Counted from the first letter of the stretch, positions 13,058 to 25,904 are shown. The stretch: DNA of 54,975 nucleotides from Octopus bimaculoides (GCF_001194135.2 NC_068990.1:55727527-55782501), one strand, 5' to 3'. Numbers and translations: made by a program. Notes: generated from the sequence alone by a model not told the origin.

Positions 13058-13284
13058 TATAGGACTGTTTGGAAAGTTCGGGCCGATTTATAGTAGCTTA
13101 CCTTTCAACTTATTTGCAATGAAACCACCTCAATTCTGAGAAGAGGGTATTTTCAAGTTAAAGGAAAAATGGAGATGCATTGTGCAAGAAAATGGTTCGT
13201 ATTAGTTAAAAATGTAATGGCAAGTATTTATTGACCTTTTTCTTTCCTTTAAAAATCGGCACGAACTTTCTGGACAACCCAATA
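13058..13284 (+). mobile_element. Mariner-derived non-autonomous element (MITE)
   Basis: TIR-like ends ggactgtttggaaagttcgggccgattt and aaatcggcacgaactttctggacaacccaata, set in TA repeats. Internal 13140-13205 encodes EEGIFKLKEKWRCIVQENGSY*, resembling the mariner transposase C-terminus (GI.KL.ERW..V...NG.Y). Confidence 0.85.
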
Positions 13285-13743
13285 TATATATATATATAAA
13301 GTAAATGTACATGACACCTCAGTTTAAATGAATTAAATTATATATATATTCATTTACATAAATATAATACACGCACAACCACACATACACACACATGCAT
13401 ATACATAGAAACACACACACACACACATCAATACAATGCCTATTGTGATTAGCATGACATATCTTTTATATCTTGATGTCATAATATTCTACCACTGGAA
13501 AAAACCTGTCATGGTCCCCAAGCGTGGCCTTTATTTTGTATTATGTTTAATCCAGCTTTGATAACAGATGCAGCTTTCAGTCATATCAAGTAAAGCCTAT
13601 CACCATCTTGACTGAACTTCAGCTGTGAAAGGCATTCAGTTGTATGTGTGTGTATAGTTATTTTCATATGTATTTATACATTTATCATTATAGATGTATG
13701 GATGCATGTATATACATATATAAGTATAGATATATATGTGTGC

Positions 13744-13815
<72 letters not shown>

Positions 13816-13831
13816 TANNNNNNNNNNNNNN

Positions 13832-13882
<51 letters not shown>

Positions 13883-14219
13883 AAACACATATATATTTAT
13901 GTATGTGTGTACATATATATATATGCGTATATTTCTATATACATGTATATATATATATTTATATCTATGTAGAATATAATATAATAGAATATATTAGGCA
14001 TTTATATAATATATATATCTTTATGTAATATATATATATGTATCTATATATGTATTATGTGTGAATGTATGTATGTATGTATCTATCTATCTATCTATAT
14101 ATATGTATATATTTATAACTTAGATAACTTTAGATATATTTTGGCCAAAGATTGGCTGAGACCATGTCTAACTTAATAGTACCACCTGATTTATATAAAT
14201 ATATATATGTAAATATATA

Positions 14220-14265
<46 letters not shown>

Positions 14266-15139
14266 CAAATATAAATATATATATAATTTACATATACATA
14301 ATCATATATATATAATCACATGTATAATTTTATGTATGTGTATTTTTGTATTTTCGTAGTCATGTATGTGTGTGTGTGTGTGTGTGCGCATGTGTGTATG
14401 TGTTAGAAAATGTTCATGCTAGCATTGGCTTAACTTATTCTAAATGCTTACACCAAAATAAGCTCCACTGATATTTTGAGAATAATTAATTAAATTAATC
14501 ATACACTTTTCCTTATTAATTCATTACTTTCTACCTATAAAACAAAACAAAAACTTGCCTATAATAGGAACTAAAAGCCTCGGAATCTACAATAATTTAT
14601 GGTAAACAACGTAAAGGTTGATTCGGGTTAATAATATTTCCATAATATATAGAAGTTAGTTTATTGAAGAAAAACAATTATATGACACATCATTTCTTAA
14701 TGAGTATACACTAGGCAATATAGCAATGCTTAATTTGTGAGCATTTCATTAAAATAATCAATTGTTCTATTTGATTCGTAGAAAAGGAGTGATAAGGGAA
14801 TAATAGACATAGTTTTCATGAAATAAAATAGAAAAATATATATACTTCATATATTATCTCAATATTTAGATGTAGTGGGGTGAGATAAAACAAAGTGTAG
14901 AAGATTATGTATGGGTGGGTCAGTGGAATGTAGGCATGTATTTTATTGAACGAAGGCCCAAAACATTGTTGGTTTCTCTATTGCGATGTGAACTTGGAAT
15001 GTAAAGGAAGGAAAATGAATACTGTTACAACTTTAGTAATGGTGCCCCATAACTATGCTTTGGAAAGTTTGGTTATAAGGACACTCAGGTTTCTGTGAAA
15101 ATTTTTTGGGCTCTACAGAATAAGGATTTATAGAATTCC

Positions 15140-15322
15140 TTCAAATTTTGGCACTGAGTTAGCAGTTTTTAAGAGAAGGTTCAAGTCAAATAGATTGGCC
15201 TGAGAAAGGGGAAAAGCAAAGTCGATCTCAACAAAATTTGAACTCAGAACATAAAAAGCGAAAAGAAATGTAAAAGATTTATTTTCTGACATGCTAATAG
15301 TTCTGCTAGCTCACCATCCTAA
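15140..15322 (-). mobile_element. SINE family B (diverged)
   Basis: aaagcaaagtcgatctc...aatttgaactcagaacataaa...tctgctagctcacc is the reverse of the family B 5' region. Confidence 0.65.
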
Positions 15323-15541
15323 GGAATTATGTAATAAAATCTAATTAAAATAAACTTTATGAAAATCGTATTCACTTTTCCAAACTAATGTTATCATATG
15401 TGTCTTTATATATATGAACGAATTCCCTCACTAAAACTATTTTTGTTTTCTTTAAGTCTTCTTGAAACTTAATCTGGTGAAAATTGTCTGTAAAATAAAG
15501 ACAAGGGCTCTGTTATTCAAGAAAAGTCATTTCTGGTTCCC

Positions 15542-15588
<47 letters not shown>

Positions 15589-16860
15589 CTGTATATGTAT
15601 TGCCAGGCAATATATTAATGGTCAGGATGTCGTCACTGATGTTTTGTGTCAACTATTGGACCATTTGAATACTAGGGTCAATGTAATTAGCTTTCCCCTT
15701 TCACCTGAAATTGTTGACATTGTACTAAAATTTAAAAGCAATATTACTTAGGTGCAATAGGTNNNNNNNNNNNNNNNNNNNNNNNNNNNNNNNNNNNNNN
15801 NNNNNNNNNNNNNNNNNNNNNNNNNNNNNNNNNNNNNNNNNNNNNNNNNNNNNNNNNNNNNNNNNNNNNNNNNNNNNNNNNNNNNNNNNNNNNNNNNNNN
15901 NNNNNNNNNNNNNNNNNNNNNNNNNNNNNNNNNNNNNNNNNNNNNNNNNNNNNNNNNNNNNNNTGTGTATATCTATCTATCTATCTATCTATATACATAC
16001 ATTTGTAAGTATGTGTGCATGAATGCATATATGTTATATGTGGTATGCATCTGTGTGTGCTTGTGTGTGTGTGTGTGTATGACTTTGTGTACAATAAATC
16101 ATGTACTTGCATGCTATCTGAGTGAAAGACAAAATATCTGAGAGTTAAGTCCCCATTTTCCTGAAGAGTTACACCATGATTGAGCAGCAGATATCACAAA
16201 CGAAGATATTCCTGTCATATCCAAGTTGCCTTTTGTTAGTTATATGAAGGACAACTCATGTGTTCATCTTTTTAAAAGAGATTTGGGTGTCATTTCTAAC
16301 AATTCGAGTGTCCACATATTGGTTCCCTCTTTTGTTCAAAAATCAAAGATTTTGCTATACATATTAGTCGTTATATTAGTAGTACTAGTAGTTAGAATAG
16401 TTTCAGCTTTTATCAATGTTGCTGTTTTTTCATTGTTTTTGTTTCTACAGTTGTTTTTGCGAAATATTAAAATATAAAAACTACACCATTGAATGAAAGG
16501 ATAGAGTTGAACTTTAGTTGACATGTCACAAAAGTATTTCACTGAAGGCAGCTTTGAATTTGCATATCCACCTGTAGTCTGGTTATCTATTAGATTTATT
16601 AACAGAGATGGAATGGCAGCATGCTCAGAATTGCAAAAATTGGTTTTTCTTTGCCTTTTTTTTTTAAATGCTGCACTGGCATGGCCATGTGCTAAGAAGA
16701 GTGCTTTGAGGTCAGTCCCAGTGCATGATACCATGATACCCCAATCCTCTATTGTAGCCTCTGGCTGACCAATGTCTTGTGAGTGAATTTGCTAGATGGA
16801 TGGGAACTATGCAGAAGCTTGTCATGTGTGTGTTTGTGTGTGTCTGTATGCATGTGTGAA

Positions 16861-16906
<46 letters not shown>

Positions 16907-17080
16907 TGGACACAGGAAGTGCATCTAACTGCAGAAAATCTCTCAACAAATTTCATCTCATCCATGCAAGCATGGAAAAGTGGATATTAAGATGATGAGA
17001 GTGACAGTGATGTGGCAACATACATACAAAACTACATATAAATTTTTTATATGTATATAATGTATATCCATATGTGTTTG

Positions 17081-17121
<41 letters not shown>

Positions 17122-17223
17122 NNNNNNNNNNNNNNNNNNNNNNNNNNNNNNNNNNNNNNNNNNNNNNNNNNNNNNNNNNNNNNNNNNNNNNNNNNNNNNN
17201 NNNNNNNNNNNNNNNNNNNNNNN

Positions 17224-17525
17224 GTTACAATCATCAGGGTTACGTTGAACGGAATACCCTGCTTGTGAAATTATCATGCAAGTGACTGAGCACTCCACAG
17301 ACACGTGTACTCTTAATGTAGTTCTCAGGGAGATTTCTGCATGACACAGAGCGTGATAAGGCTGGCCCTTTGAAATACAGGTACTACTCATTTTTGCCAG
17401 TTGAGTGGGTTGGTGCACCATGAAATAAAGTGACTTGTTCAAGGATAAAATGCATCACTGGGACTTGAACTCATGACTTTATGACCGTGAGCCAAATCCC
17501 CTAATCACTAAGCTACACACCTTCA
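17224..17525 (-). mobile_element. tRNA-derived SINE family D with a CORE-like central segment
   Basis: Reverse complement: ggtgtgtagcttagtgattaggg (A-box)...gagttcaagtccc (B-box)...tccttgaacaagtcactttatttca...ctcaactggcaaaaatgagt. Confidence 0.7.
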
Positions 17526-17537
17526 TAGATATATATA

Positions 17538-17919
17538 TTCTTTTATTTGTTTCAGACATTTGACTGCGGCCATGTTGGAGCACTGCTTTTAGTCGAGCAA
17601 ATCGACCCCAGATCTTATTTTTTGTAAGCCTAGTACTTATTCTATAGGTATTTTTGCCAAACCGCTAAGTTACGAGGATGTAAACACACTAGCATTGGTT
17701 GTCAATCGATGTTGGGGGTACAAACGCAGACACACAAACACATATATATATATAAATACAATGGGCTTCTTCAGTTTCTGTTTGCCAAAATCCACTCACA
17801 AGGCTTTGGTCGACCCGAGGCTATAGTAGAAGACACATGCCCAAGGTGCCACACTCAGTGGGACTGAGCCTGGAACCATGTGGTAAGCAAGCTACTTACC
17901 ACACAGCTATTCTTGCACC

Positions 17920-17920
<1 letters not shown>
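17538..17920 (-). mobile_element. SINE family A, full length
   Basis: Reverse complement collinear with 36829-37205 and 48870-49395. Confidence 0.85.
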
Positions 17921-17951
<31 letters not shown>

Positions 17952-18688
17952 TATGTACATTCATGCATGAATTTAAATGCATGTGTGTCACTAAGATTAC
18001 AAATCCATGTCTAAGAGTTTCATATGTAAAATTAAAAGCAACAACAATATTAATGATAATACTCTTTTCCACGTAGACTGAAATACAGCTGCGCTGACAA
18101 TTCTTGGCTACACACATACACGCAAACATACACACACACGCATGTATATATATATATATATGTATAATATCATCTGTAATTTTTCCCACCACCACCATCA
18201 CCACCACTTGAGATTACAAGTGTAGGTAATAGTACACATGGAAATACATGCACTATCAAACCCATAGAAGTTATTGTGTGTCTATGTGTGTATATGAGAG
18301 TGTCTGTGTGTATGTGCATGCGTATGTGCAATGGCATGTGTGGGTATGTGTCTATGCACTTGTGTATTGGTTTACTGTCAAGTACAACTCCAGATCAGAC
18401 ACCAACAGCTAAAGGGAAGGAAAGAAGCAGCATAAAAAATGTAACTCTCTCAAACCAAGAAGAAATAAAGGAAAAATAAAGACGCTCAATGTTCTTAAGA
18501 ATATATATACATATGTATATATATATATATATATATACATAAACAAACATAGATATATGTACATATCTATCTATCTATCTATCTATCCAATCAAACATTC
18601 CTACATCTGTCTGTCTGTTTGGCTGTCTGTCTGTTTGGCTGTCTGTCTATCTATTTCCCTCTCTTTCTCCCTCTGTGTATGGTGTATA

Positions 18689-18722
<34 letters not shown>

Positions 18723-18731
18723 CATATTATG

Positions 18732-18766
<35 letters not shown>

Positions 18767-19769
18767 NNNNNNNNNNNNNNNNNNNNNNNNNNNNNNNNNN
18801 NNNNNNNNNNNNNNNNNNNNNNNNNNNNNNNNNNNNNNNNNNNNNNNNNNNNNNNNNNNNNNNNNNNNNNNNNNNNNNNNNNNNNNNNNNNNNNNNNNNN
18901 NNNNNNNNNNNNNNNNNNNNNNNNNNNNNNNNNNNNNNNNNNNNNNNNNNNNNNNNNNNNNNNNNNNNNNNNNNNNNNNNNNNNNNNNNNNNNNNNNNNN
19001 NNNNNNNNNNNNNNNNNNNNNNNNNNNNNNNNNNNNNNNNNNNNNNNNNNNNNNNNNNNNNNNNNNNNNNNNNNNNNNNNNNNNNNNNNNNNNNNNNNNN
19101 NNNNNNNNNNNNNNNNNNNNNNNNNNNNNNNNNNNNNNNNNNNNNNNNNNNNNNNNNNNNNNNNNNNNNNNNNNNNNNNNNNNNNNNNNNNNNNNNNNNN
19201 NNNNNNNNNNNNNNNNNNNNNNNNNNNNNNNNNNNNNNNNNNNNNNNNNNNNNNNNNNNNNNNNNNNNNNNNNNNNNNNNNNNNNNNNNNNNNNNNNNNN
19301 NNNNNNNNNNNNNNNNNNNNNNNNNNNNNNNNNNNNNNNNNNNNNNNNNNNNNNNNNNNNNNNNNNNNNNNNNNNNNNNNNNNNNNNNNNNNNNNNNNNN
19401 NNNNNNNNNNNNNNNNNNNNNNNNNNNNNNNNNNNNNNNNNNNNNNNNNNNNNNNNNNNNNNNNNNNNNNNNNNNNNNNNNNNNNNNNNNNNNNNNNNNN
19501 NNNNNNNNNNNNNNNNNNNNNNNNNNNNNNNNNNNNNNNNNNNNNNNNNNNNNNNNNNNNNNNNNNNNNNNNNNNNNNNNGTGTCATTCTAAAAATACAC
19601 AATCACTCATTGAATACAAAAGGTATTCCATTTCACTCCTGAATTAGAAAATTTCGATGATTTGTTGATTAACTTAATTGCTTTTTAAATTCATTTTCAT
19701 GTTTTCTTTTAAAAAAAAAGTCAACTATTTACTCCTGCTGCTGCTGCTGCTGCTGTTGTTGTTGCTGTT

Positions 19770-19950
19770 GTTGTTGTTGCTTAGCTCCCAAATCAGCCAT
19801 GATTGAGCAGCAGATATCACAAACGAAGATATTCCTGTCATATCCAAGTTGCCTTTTGTTAGTTATATGAAGGACAACTCATGTGTTCATCTTTTTAAAA
19901 GAGATTTGGGTGTCATTTCTAACAATTCGAGTGTCCACATATTGGTTCCC
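19770..19950 (-). mobile_element. SINE family C copy with (aac)n tail; most of it duplicated at 16174-16365
   Basis: gttgttgcttagctcccaaatcagccatgattgagcag...gagatttgggtgtcatttctaac...gtccacatattggttccctc. Confidence 0.6.
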
Positions 19951-20169
19951 TCTTTTGTTCAAAATCAAAGATTTTGCTATACATATTTAGAGAGAAAGAT
20001 ATATATATGTGTGTGTGTGTGTGTGTGTTTGTATATGTGCATGTATTTTGGTATAATATATAAGTGTGTGTGTACGTACAAATATGTACAGAAAGAAATG
20101 GTAAGAGATGGAGAGGAGACAAAGAGAATGAGAAAGGGAGGAGGAAGAGAGAGCTACACACTGAGTGAT

Positions 20170-20620
20170 AGAGAGAAACATTTAAATAGAATGCATTTGA
20201 AATTTTAATGCATTTTCGCCTGAAATTGACAACACCCACTTCCAGCAGTAAAAACCCTGGGTGTTCCTGCTGCAGTGAGTCGAGTTTTAGAAGCCTGCTT
20301 CCTCTATGCATGACAGAAATTCTAATGGTGAGCAAACAGGCATTCAAAAACAGCAATAATTTGGCAGCTAATTGAATACTGTGGAAGGGAGCTAAATTCT
20401 CATAGAAACAGAATTCTTTAAAATCCTCTACGTATTCTCTGTTATTGTCATTGATGCTGTTGCTGTTGTTTTTGTTGCTGTTTAACTCCAGATTAGTATT
20501 TAATTGTTGCTGACTTTGATCGAGGATTAAATTTTCTTTTACAGATATTGCAATATTATTTAATGCATTCCTTTTATTAAAATTTGTCCACTGTCTCTGG
20601 TATAATGATTGACCACACAT
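20170..20620 (-). CDS. Candidate coding exon of an unidentified protein
   Basis: About 150 stop-free codons in non-repetitive AT-rich DNA, with an Asn/Ser low-complexity linker followed by [43 protein letters not shown]. Splice sites are weak and no family was recognised. Confidence 0.3.
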
Positions 20621-20637
20621 AGATTCCTTGATTGGTT

Positions 20638-20640
20638 CAC

Positions 20641-20678
<38 letters not shown>

Positions 20679-20787
20679 GTCAGTCTATCTATCTATCTAT
20701 CTGTCAGTGTATCTATCTATCTGTCAGTCTATCTATCTATCTGTCAGTCTATCTATCTATCTGTCAGTCTATCTATCTATCTGTCAG

Positions 20788-20864
<77 letters not shown>

Positions 20865-20917
20865 TTGTCTATATATCTATCTATCTATCTGTCTATATAT
20901 CTATCTATCTGTCTATA

Positions 20918-20948
<31 letters not shown>

Positions 20949-21020
20949 TTGTCTATCTATCTATCTTTCTATCTGTCTGTCTGTCTGTCTGTCTGTCTAT
21001 ATGAATGAATGAATGAATGA
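20638..21020. repeat. (TATC)n microsatellite with a 20-bp higher-order unit (atctatctatctgtcagtct)
   Basis: Directly visible. Confidence 0.95.
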
Positions 21021-21293
21021 AGGAACATAGATATTACAGAATGAAGGGATATAGTTTGTCTTGTTAATTAATTAGATAGAAATTTAAAATCATTTGAAAA
21101 GAAACTGGTATTTTTGGAACATGTTAATATACGATTAAGAAAGCTGAAATTACAAAAATTACAGAGAATTGAAACTTACATATAATGTAAGCAACATATA
21201 ATTTATATAAATATATAAATGTGAATATATATGTATATTTGAACACAGATTTTCATAAAATGGAATATGTGTGTGTGTCTGTGTATATGTATA

Positions 21294-21347
<54 letters not shown>

Positions 21348-21407
21348 TGCATGTGTATAAACACGTTATATTCGTGTGTTGTTACGAATGTTGTTATTAA
21401 TATTTTT

Positions 21408-21570
21408 AAGGCAGCTAGCTGGCAGAACTGTTAGCATGTTGGACCAAATATTTAATGGCATTTCATCCTTTCAGGGGTTAATAAATTAAGTACCAGTGAA
21501 ATACTGGGGTTGATGTAATCAACTAGTCTCCTCCCCAAAGGTTTCAGGCTTTGTGCCTTTACTAAAAAGG

Positions 21571-21611
<41 letters not shown>

Positions 21612-21612
21612 A
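21408..21612 (+). mobile_element. SINE family B with (tta)n tail, internally deleted
   Basis: gctggcagaactgttagcatg...tttcatcctttcaggggttaataaattaagtaccag...ggccttgtgcc-like end. Confidence 0.75.
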
Positions 21613-21943
21613 AAATTTAGTTATAGTACAATTTCACAAGAAAAGCTATGGTGGCTGTATTTGCAACTTAGTTCCCAGAGAGCACTGGATGAGTAAGACC
21701 AATAATCAAACATGTTCTGATCGTGACATTCCAGGTTTTTATTTTTTAATTTAATTGCCCCCTTATTCTAGACTACTTACTTGAATGTGTCCTTTCTTTA
21801 ACTGAGTTGAGTGTGATTTAAGGGAGACTTCGTTGAGAGATCAAGGAATTCAAGAAGGACCATTCATAGCCTAAACACACAATAGGTTAGTATATGGAGT
21901 ACCTCAAGGATCTGTTGCTATCTCTTAACTATTATCTCTTGTC

Positions 21944-22130
21944 ATTTTCCTTGTTTTAGTTCATTAGACTGTGGATGGCCATGCTGGGGCACTGCCTTGA
22001 TGAATTTTTTTTGGTTGAATGAATTGACCCCCGTACTTATTCTATTGTTCTTGAGTATCGTTCTGGTATTTATTGAATCATTATTTTTTGCTGAACTGCT
22101 AAGTTACAGAGACAAAAGCATACCAACCCG
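21944..22130 (-). mobile_element. SINE family A, 3' half
   Basis: ttgttttagttcattagactgtgg..ccatgctggggcactgcc...gaccccc..gtacttattct...gctgaactgctaagttac. Confidence 0.7.
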
Positions 22131-22141
22131 TTTCTAACAAA

Positions 22142-22181
22142 ACTGTCTGATGAACGGGAACGTGAAACTCCGAGTAACAGT
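22142..22181 (+). ncRNA. Intact-looking minimal type-I hammerhead ribozyme
   Basis: actgt-CTGATGA-acg(ggaa)cgt-GAA-act(ccg)agt-A-acagt: all core nucleotides present, helices I (5 bp), II (3 bp) and III (3 bp) pair, GUA cleavage triplet (cut after 22176). Confidence 0.8.
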
Positions 22182-22258
22182 CTTTTGTTATATTACTCTA
22201 CCTCTGGTATTTGAGTACTCTTTTTTCCACCTTGTTGCACATTTTATGTGCTTACTCC

Positions 22259-22301
<43 letters not shown>

Positions 22302-22326
22302 GCATGTGTGTGTCTATATATGTGTG

Positions 22327-22364
<38 letters not shown>

Positions 22365-22500
22365 CATACGCATGAGTAAGCACATAAAAGCAAAGCAAAT
22401 AGTACTCGAATACTTAAGGTGGAGTAATATACTATTATTAAAGTTACAAAATCTTCACAAACTATTACTCAGTCTTTCATGTTCCTGTTCATCAGACGGT
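22142..22500. mobile_element. Inverted pair of Penelope-like terminal-repeat fragments around a microsatellite
   Basis: Arm 22142-22257 is a diverged reverse complement of arm 22374-22500 (e.g. atgtgcttactc / gagtaagcacat, ctgatgaac / gttcatcag); the spacer is about 116 bp of TA/TG repeat. Confidence 0.7.
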
Positions 22501-22560
22501 TGTAATGACTACTGAATTTTTTGATAAAAGTATATATATACATATATACATATATGATGA

Positions 22561-22720
22561 ACTTCTTTCAGTTTTTGTCTACCAAATTCACTCACAATCC
22601 TTTGGTTTACCTGGGGCTATTGTTGAAGACACTTGCCCAAAAGGTCACACAGTGGGACTGAACCTGGGACCATGTGGATGAGAAGCAAACTTCAAACTTC
22701 TTATCACACAGCCATGCCTA
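22561..22720 (-). mobile_element. SINE family A, 5' half
   Basis: cttctttcagtttttgtctaccaaattcactcac...gaagacacttgcccaa..gggactgaacc...cacacagccatgcc. Confidence 0.75.
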
Positions 22721-23150
22721 TTTGTCTAATTTCTAAATTACTGTAAAATTATGCAAGAAATCTTCTGATTAATTTATGTGTTATTTTGAATAATTAAGTA
22801 AATGTTATGAAGACAAAATGGTTCAATATTACTAGGATGAAATACAATAATAGCTGTAACAACTGAGATGAAAAAAAAATAGAAAAAATGTTTTTAAATA
22901 TGTTTCAAAGTGGAAGAGAAATTTTCAATCCAAAGTTTGTTATATTAACAGAGGCATATTTATTGATTAAATAAGATATGAAATATGATAAATTAAGCCA
23001 GAATGTATTTTTTTAAAAATTTAGTTTGGTGTATTCAGGTTTTGCTATTTGTTTATTTTTATTTAGCCATTTTATTAAATTTATTCATCTCTGAATAACA
23101 AGAAGTATTATACTAGAAATAATAGAACATAGCATCCACTTTAGTACACA

Positions 23151-23192
<42 letters not shown>

Positions 23193-23347
23193 ACACAATT
23201 CTCTTTTGGAAGAGTGAATTTTTAAGCAGCAGCTAAAGCTACAAACGACAACATGTAAATATTACATAAACCCATTTGGATAGGAAAAGTTGAAGAGTCT
23301 CTGTGGTACTTGAACCTACAACTCCTGTAAACAATATATATATATGA

Positions 23348-23393
<46 letters not shown>

Positions 23394-23558
23394 NNNNNNN
23401 NNNNNNNNNNNNNNNNNNNNNNNNNNNNNNNNNNNNNNNNNNNNNNNNNNNNNNNNNNNNNNNNNNNNNNNNNNNNNNNNNNNNNNNNNNNNNNNNNNNN
23501 NNNNNNNNNNNNNNNNNNNNNNNNNNNNNNNNNNNNTTTTATCCTGTTTTTAAATAAG

Positions 23559-23601
<43 letters not shown>

Positions 23602-23645
23602 GTGTGTGTATATATATATTTACATATATATATTTACATACATAT

Positions 23646-23693
<48 letters not shown>

Positions 23694-23721
23694 TTACATA
23701 CATATATATATATATATTTAC

Positions 23722-23764
<43 letters not shown>

Positions 23765-24076
23765 CCACAGATGAGATCCAGAGATTCTCAGTATAGAAGA
23801 CACTTGGTAGTGCTCAAAAGATCCAAACTTAAACTTTGATGTCTTTACAGAGGATCATTCCACAAGGTAAAGAAAGGCTATAAGAGGGACCATGTTACGT
23901 GGGTATAGAGGCAATAATGCGAATGAACAAATTAGACACATCAAATATACATTAAATATATTGAATACATCAAATACAAACTATACATGTGTGTGTGTAT
24001 TAAATAATGTTAGACAGAAAGGAATAGTGTTATGTATTCAAGACTGACACTCTGTGAGTTTGTGAGTTGCTATACA

Positions 24077-24291
24077 GGTGGGTGAGCAGGTAGAAACGTT
24101 AGCATGCCGGGTGAAATATTTAGCAGTATTTCGTCTGTCTTTACGTTCTGAGTTCAAATTCCGCCGAGGTTGACTTTGCTTTCCATCCTTTCGGGGTCTA
24201 TAAATTAAGTACTAGTTGTGTACTAGGGTCGATCTAATCGACTGGCCCCTCCCCCAAAATTTTGGGTCTTGTGCCTAGAGTAGAAAAGAAT
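24077..24291 (+). mobile_element. SINE family B, full length
   Basis: gtgagcaggtagaaacgttagcatgccgggtgaaat...gagttcaaattccgccgagg (B-box)...cttgtgcctagagtagaaaagaa. Confidence 0.85.
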
Positions 24292-24439
24292 GTTTCTCTT
24301 TCAAATGTATACAGATTCATACATATAAACGCTTCGTATTATGTAACGTGCATTTTCAATATACATAAAGGTCATATCAAAGTTATGAATTTCTGTCTTT
24401 TATAGGACTAAAAACAATATATTTTGCAAAACATCTATC

Positions 24440-24992
24440 TTTGATTTGTTTCAGTCATTAGACTGCGACCATGCTGGGGTACAACTTTGAAGAACCTTAG
24501 TCAAAGGAATCAACCCAGGTATTTATTTTTCACAAAGATTTGTTATGACAGTATAAATAGGATATGAACAATAGAATAAATTATATATATATATNNNNNN
24601 NNNNNNNNNNNNNNNNNNNNNNNNNNNNNNNNNNNNNNNNNNNNNNNNNNNNNNNNNNNNNNNNNNNNNNNNNNNNNNNNNNNNNNNNNNNNNNATGTAT
24701 GTATACACACACACACACACACACACATACACACACATACGCATTCACATTATATCTTTTACTTTTTGTTTCAGTAATTGGACTGTGATCACGATCATGC
24801 TGCAGCACCATGTTCAAGAGATTTTTAGTCAAACAGTTCAACCCCCAGAACATATTTTCTAAGTATGGTACTTACTCTGTTGGTCAATTTTGCTGAGCTG
24901 CTTAGTTACATGGACATAAACAAACCAATGTTCGTTGTCAAGTGGTGGTGGTGGTGGTGGAAAAACACAACACAAAAGACAAATACAGATGT

Positions 24993-25010
<18 letters not shown>
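24440..25010 (-). mobile_element. Two SINE family A 3'-half fragments separated by a gap and microsatellite
   Basis: ttgtttcagtcattagactgcgaccatgctgg at about 24445; ttgtttcagtaattggactgtg...gctgagctgcttagttac...gtcaagtggtggtgg at 24765-24965. Confidence 0.65.
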
Positions 25011-25055
<45 letters not shown>

Positions 25056-25904
25056 TATACACTTACATACATACATACATACACACATATTGATAGTATC
25101 TCACTGGTAAAGTTGCAATTAATTGGAAAGAAGTACTCAATACAGTGGAGTAGAGNNNNNNNNNNNNNNNNNNNNNNNNNNNNNNNNNNNNNNNNNNNNN
25201 NNNNNNNNNNNNNNNNNNNNNNNNNNNNNNNNNNNNNNNNNNNNNNNNNNNNNNNNNNNNNNNNNNNNNNNNNNNNNNNNNNNNNNNNNNNNNNNNNNNN
25301 NNNNNNNNNNNNNNNNNNNNNNNNNNNNNNNNNNNNNNNNNNNNNNNNNNNNNNNNNNNNNNNNNNNNNNCACACACACACACACACACAAATATATATA
25401 TATATATGCATATATATGCATATGCATGTATCTATGTTTATAAGCATATACATGTGTGTGTGTATGTATATAAGTTTTGACCAGTAGAAAGCTAAATGAA
25501 AAATGGAGAATCTACAGCATTTGAATAAAGTTATGTATATACATACACAAACATACACACATACAAATAGCTATCCATCCATCCATCCATCCATTCATCC
25601 ATCCCTCCATCTGTCCGTCCATCCATCCATCCATCTGTACTGGCATACATGCATACAAAACAAACTTGCCTGCACACATGCATGCTTGTATGTAGGAAAA
25701 GAGAAGATAGTCCTTGATACACAAGCTAAAGTTTTACTCGTTTATTATAAGGGGTATCAGTGACCTTATGCCTATGTAATAAACCAATTGTGCCCATGCA
25801 TATATCTGTATGCACATATCTATGTGTGTGCATGTGTAGGTGTGAATGTGTATGTATGTGTGATTACATGTATGTGAGAGTAACGAATAAATAGGTGCAA
25901 GTGT

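Noticed and set aside
14113-14180. Segment similar to 26876-26960
   Set aside because: Short, diverged match consistent with an ordinary dispersed repeat fragment.
16336-16734. 132-aa minus-strand ORF
   Set aside because: Both ends overlap SINE sequence, there is no recognisable motif, and no convincing splice boundaries.
21896-21916. GVPQGSV reverse-transcriptase motif
   Set aside because: Only 7 codons, with stops on both sides and no other RT motifs nearby; possibly a tiny LINE relic but unsupported.
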